Below, one piece after another: positions 33,586 to 36,693 of a DNA stretch of 36,693 nucleotides. The notes below the pieces were generated by a model. That model was not told the origin of the DNA. It did not search any database and saw only the letters and a program-made list of their open reading frames with translations. The translations under genes and the position numbers were made by a program. This DNA is from Thermococcus sp. JdFR-02. Its GTDB lineage: Archaea; Methanobacteriota_B; Thermococci; Thermococcales; Thermococcaceae. Location of the stretch: assembly GCA_002009975.1 (NCBI GenBank), contig MTLP01000038.1, positions 1 to 36,693 on the forward strand. Direction: 5' to 3'. Within the stretch, counting starts at the first letter, position 1, and the number at the start of each line of letters is the position of its first letter.

Positions 33586-36347
33586 CAGAAACACTTGAAA
33601 AAGTTAGAGAAGCCGCAAGCATGCTCAGAGACAAACTCATTGTCGAAATGCTCAAGCTCATCAAACAAATGGACGACGAAGGCTTAGACAAAATCAACCC
33701 ACAAGCACTAAGCCCAATGCTAAGAGCATGGATCAAAGGTCACTACGGCATAGTCCCAAACACCATCACAAAGGACCTACTCAAAACATACATCGAAGTA
33801 CTTGAAAATTATGGGATGTTCGTTCGGGATACGAACATTGACGAACAAACCGTTCGTGGTGAATTAACAGAGAAAAATAACGAACATCAAGTGTTCGGAG
33901 CGTTCGTATATCGTTCTTTGAAAAAGCAACTTGGTGACGAGAAATTTGAAACATTGCTAAAGAGCATCAAAGAAACATATGGCTTGCCTAGGCCTGTACA
34001 TGCAAATACATTGTTGGTAATGTTAGACATCATGGAAAACGACAGGATTGAGGTAATTCCAATCAGCCTTATTGAAAAGAGGCTCAAAGAGGATGCAGGT
34101 TTCACTAAGAGTATGATAGATAGAATGAGATGGGATTTCTTTGGAAATGGAAATGTTGCAAAGGCTCTTCAGGCTGTTCTGTTTGATGCTGTTGGTATTG
34201 TGAATGGGGAGAAGGCGTTCAAGTTGAAGGATTCTGTTGTTAAGTTCATTAAGGCTAAGGTTCTTGAGCTTTTAGGCTATGAGCAGGAAGCTGAGGAAAT
34301 GCTTGATTACACGAACAATGCTAAGGAATTCCTGAGGAACTTCAGGAAGGATGGGGAGGCAGTTTACCTTGAAAAGATCAAGGACATTGTTCTTGGCGAG
34401 AAGGTTGATTACTTCTATATTGACTACTTGGACTTGGCAAAGTATGATCCTAGGTTGGCAAGGCGTCTCTTTGACGAGCCGGAGTTTGTTCTTGGAGCTT
34501 TTGAGAATGCAGTAATGGAGCTTCAGGAAGAGTTGTTCGAGGAAATTTCGTCAGAGAATCCAGAGTTGTTTGATGAGGAGTTCAAGCCGGTGTTCCTTGA
34601 GGTTCATGTTGGTAATTTCCCACATGTTATTAGACCTCGTGATGTTAGGACTGATTTTGCTGAGAAGTTCGTGGCTGTTGAGGGGATTATTACGTCAGCT
34701 TCGAAGGTTGTTCCGTTCTTTGAGATTGCTACATATGTGTGCAAGCATTGTAGTAAGGAGATTGGTTTGTTCAATAGGCCAACAAGAATACCTGCTAAAC
34801 CACCAAGCAAGTGTCCTGATTGTGATGCCAAGGGTTCGTTTGAGCTTGATGTTAGAAAGTCAAAGAAGGTTGAGATTCAGCATTTTATTGTTAGAGATGC
34901 TCCTGAGATGCTGAATGTTGGTGAGAATGCTAAGGAGCTTGAAGCATATTTGCTCGGTAAAATGGCTGGTGCTGTTGATGTTGGTGATAAGGTAATCTTG
35001 TATGGTATTCTTAGAGTAAAAGAAAGGCTCAGTAAAAAGATTGCTGAGACTGATTACGTTCTTGAAGTCATTCATGTGGAACAGTTGAACAGGGGTATTC
35101 AGCTTGAATTGAGCAAGAAGGACGTTCAAGAGGTTCTTAAGCTCGGTGAGATGTTTGGTGAGGACTTGCCAGATGCCGTTGCACGTTCTATTGCTCCGTG
35201 GATCAGGGGTTATGAGGAAGTCAAGAAGGCGTTGGCGTTGGCTGTTGTTTCTGCTGAGGGTTTGTGGGATAAGAGGACGACGATTCATGTTTTGTTGGCT
35301 GGTGATCCTGGTGTGGGTAAGTCAAGGTTGGCGTTGGATTTGGAGAATGTTGCCCCAAAGTTTCTTTTAGCTGAGGGTGGCGGTTCCTCAAGAGCTGGCT
35401 TAACAGCAAGCTTTGAAAAAGATGAATTGACGGGCAAGTTCACTGTTCGTGGTGGCTTGTTAGTCCTTGGTAGTGATGGAATTGTACTTGTCGATGAGTT
35501 CAGCAATTTGAAGAGAGAGGATATCAATGCGTTGAAGACGTGTATGGAGCATGGTTTTGTTGCTCCTGCAAAGGCTGGAATTTCAAATGTCAAGTTGAGA
35601 GCTACTGCAACTATTGTTGGGACTGCAAATCCAAAAGCTGGCAAAATTGATAGGACAAGGCTTTTGATTGACCAGTTGGATATCCCATTCCCTGTGCTAA
35701 CGAGATTTGACTTGATTTTTGCGTTCTTTGATGAGCCAGATGAAGAGAAGGACGAGGAGATTGGTTGGAGCATTCTAAGTGAGGTTAAGCGCAAGAAGGG
35801 TGAACCTCCAAAGAGGATTATACCTGCGGAGCTTTTGAAGAAGTTGTTTGCCTATGCAAGGTTTAATGTATTTCCAGAGGTTACTGAAGAGGCTCAACGG
35901 CTCATGGTTTCTGAGTTTGTTAAGTTGAGAAAGAAGACAAGCACAAATGGAAATTCTGTCAGCAGACGCATTATGGACGCTCTTGTTAGGCTTAGTTATG
36001 CGCATGCGAAGCTTAGACTTGCTGACAAGGTTGAGAAGGTTGATGTTGAGGAGGCTGTGAGGCTGATTTGGAAGAGTTTGGAGTATGTAGCCTATGATCC
36101 TGAGACTGGTGAGATTGATGTAAGCATTCTCCAAGTTGGAGTTCCTTCCAGAGAAAGGGAGAAGTTCGAGCTGTTTATTAGAGTCATGGAAAATCTTGCA
36201 AGGAAATACGGGAATATCCGAATTGACATTATCAAGAATGTTCTGAATGAAAAGGGGCTAAGTGACGATGAGATTGAAAGATTCTTGGAACGTGGTGAGA
36301 AATTGGGCTATTTGAGACAATTAGGGGATTTTGTCGAATGGTCATAA
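33582..36347 (+). CDS. mcm: MCM replicative helicase with ~240-aa N-terminal extension
   Basis: Zn finger CKHC..CPDC, OB-fold motifs, Walker A GDPGVGKS, AGLTA, Walker B LVDEF, ANP, arginine finger LTRFDL, AHAKLRL, C-terminal wH. Confidence 0.95.
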   Translation: MTETLEKVREAASMLRDKLIVEMLKLIKQMDDEGLDKINPQALSPMLRAWIKGHYGIVPNTITKDLLKTYIEVLENYGMFVRDTNIDEQTVRGELTEKNNEHQVFGAFVYRSLKKQLGDEKFETLLKSIKETYGLPRPVHANTLLVMLDIMENDRIEVIPISLIEKRLKEDAGFTKSMIDRMRWDFFGNGNVAKALQAVLFDAVGIVNGEKAFKLKDSVVKFIKAKVLELLGYEQEAEEMLDYTNNAKEFLRNFRKDGEAVYLEKIKDIVLGEKVDYFYIDYLDLAKYDPRLARRLFDEPEFVLGAFENAVMELQEELFEEISSENPELFDEEFKPVFLEVHVGNFPHVIRPRDVRTDFAEKFVAVEGIITSASKVVPFFEIATYVCKHCSKEIGLFNRPTRIPAKPPSKCPDCDAKGSFELDVRKSKKVEIQHFIVRDAPEMLNVGENAKELEAYLLGKMAGAVDVGDKVILYGILRVKERLSKKIAETDYVLEVIHVEQLNRGIQLELSKKDVQEVLKLGEMFGEDLPDAVARSIAPWIRGYEEVKKALALAVVSAEGLWDKRTTIHVLLAGDPGVGKSRLALDLENVAPKFLLAEGGGSSRAGLTASFEKDELTGKFTVRGGLLVLGSDGIVLVDEFSNLKREDINALKTCMEHGFVAPAKAGISNVKLRATATIVGTANPKAGKIDRTRLLIDQLDIPFPVLTRFDLIFAFFDEPDEEKDEEIGWSILSEVKRKKGEPPKRIIPAELLKKLFAYARFNVFPEVTEEAQRLMVSEFVKLRKKTSTNGNSVSRRIMDALVRLSYAHAKLRLADKVEKVDVEEAVRLIWKSLEYVAYDPETGEIDVSILQVGVPSREREKFELFIRVMENLARKYGNIRIDIIKNVLNEKGLSDDEIERFLERGEKLGYLRQLGDFVEWS
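33816..33917. repeat. Iteron-like CGAAC/GTTCG cluster inside mcm, candidate replication origin
   Basis: Eight perfect cores at 33818, 33822, 33832, 33842, 33852, 33881, 33893 and 33902, plus GTTCT at 33913; includes ATGTTCGT-N7-ACGAACAT inverted repeat. Confidence 0.7.
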
Positions 36348-36375
36348 CGCGCATCTCTCGTTTGGAGGTGAAGGT

Positions 36376-36597
36376 ATGAGTAAGTGGGTCGTGGATTGGG
36401 AGATTCCGGAGCTTGGTGAAGGTGGTCTTGAGGTAATTGAAGCCAGAGATGGAGACGAAGCCTTGAAGAAGTTCTTAGAGCGGTTCATGAGGGAAGAGCT
36501 ACCCAAATACAAGGGCAAAGAGGGAAAATTAAAGGTTCATGCTATGCCTGTCTGGAAGGCGAGGAAACAAGGCTTGTTATGGGAAGCCGTGGGGTGA
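36376..36597 (+). CDS. Small hypothetical protein
   Basis: RBS GGAGGTGA before ATG 36376. Confidence 0.7.
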   Translation: MSKWVVDWEIPELGEGGLEVIEARDGDEALKKFLERFMREELPKYKGKEGKLKVHAMPVWKARKQGLLWEAVG

Positions 36598-36601
36598 GAG
36601 C

Positions 36602-36693
36602 ATGACATATCGCATTTGGATTGCGGATCGTAATAATACTGCGAATGTCTTCTATGAAGACTACGAGAGCTACGAGGAAGCGGAAGAGAAGGC
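36602..36693 (+). CDS. Small hypothetical protein, runs off window
   Basis: RBS GGGGTGA; MTYRIWIADRNNTANVFYEDYESYEEAEEK... open to the window end. Confidence 0.55.
   Translation, partial: MTYRIWIADRNNTANVFYEDYESYEEAEEK

Larger units (their letters stand above)
1367..36693. mobile_element. Integrated plasmid/virus-like element (pT26-2/TKV-like), right end beyond window
   Basis: tRNA-half att inside a split tyrosine integrase, membrane core operon with ATPase, cargo island, AbrB regulators and an extra MCM. No second att copy or intN fragment was seen in the window. Confidence 0.88.

Noticed and set aside
33582-36347. Intein in MCM, or the host chromosomal mcm
   Set aside because: The extra length is N-terminal, the AAA motifs are contiguous with no intein splice motifs, and the context is a mobile element.

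Overview
The window looks like Thermococcales (hyperthermophilic archaeal) DNA, judged from GGAGGTGA-type RBS, TTTATA(A/T)A boxes and the gene families present. The first ~1.35 kb is host sequence carrying a partial archaeal ATPase gene. From 1367 to beyond the right edge is one integrated mobile element of more than 35 kb, resembling the pT26-2/TKV family. It is inserted at a tRNA-Val(GAC) gene by an SSV-type split tyrosine integrase; the att site (tRNA 3' half) and intC are at the left end, and the other end is outside the window. Modules from left to right: (1) intC, an RHH protein, a GT-C-like membrane glycosyltransferase and an EamA/ArnE-F-like flippase; (2) a ~11 kb co-oriented membrane/secreted core operon with a HerA/FtsK/VirB4-like ATPase; (3) a ~13 kb mixed-orientation, AT-rich cargo island rich in predicted nucleases, toxin-antitoxin and defence-like pairs, with pseudogenes; (4) four tandem-AbrB regulators interrupted by a two-gene nuclease cassette; (5) an MCM helicase with a long N-terminal extension. 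The MCM gene contains a helically phased CGAAC/GTTCG iteron-like cluster at a sharp strand-skew switch, a likely intragenic replication origin. Family calls come from motif recognition by eye, not from database searches.
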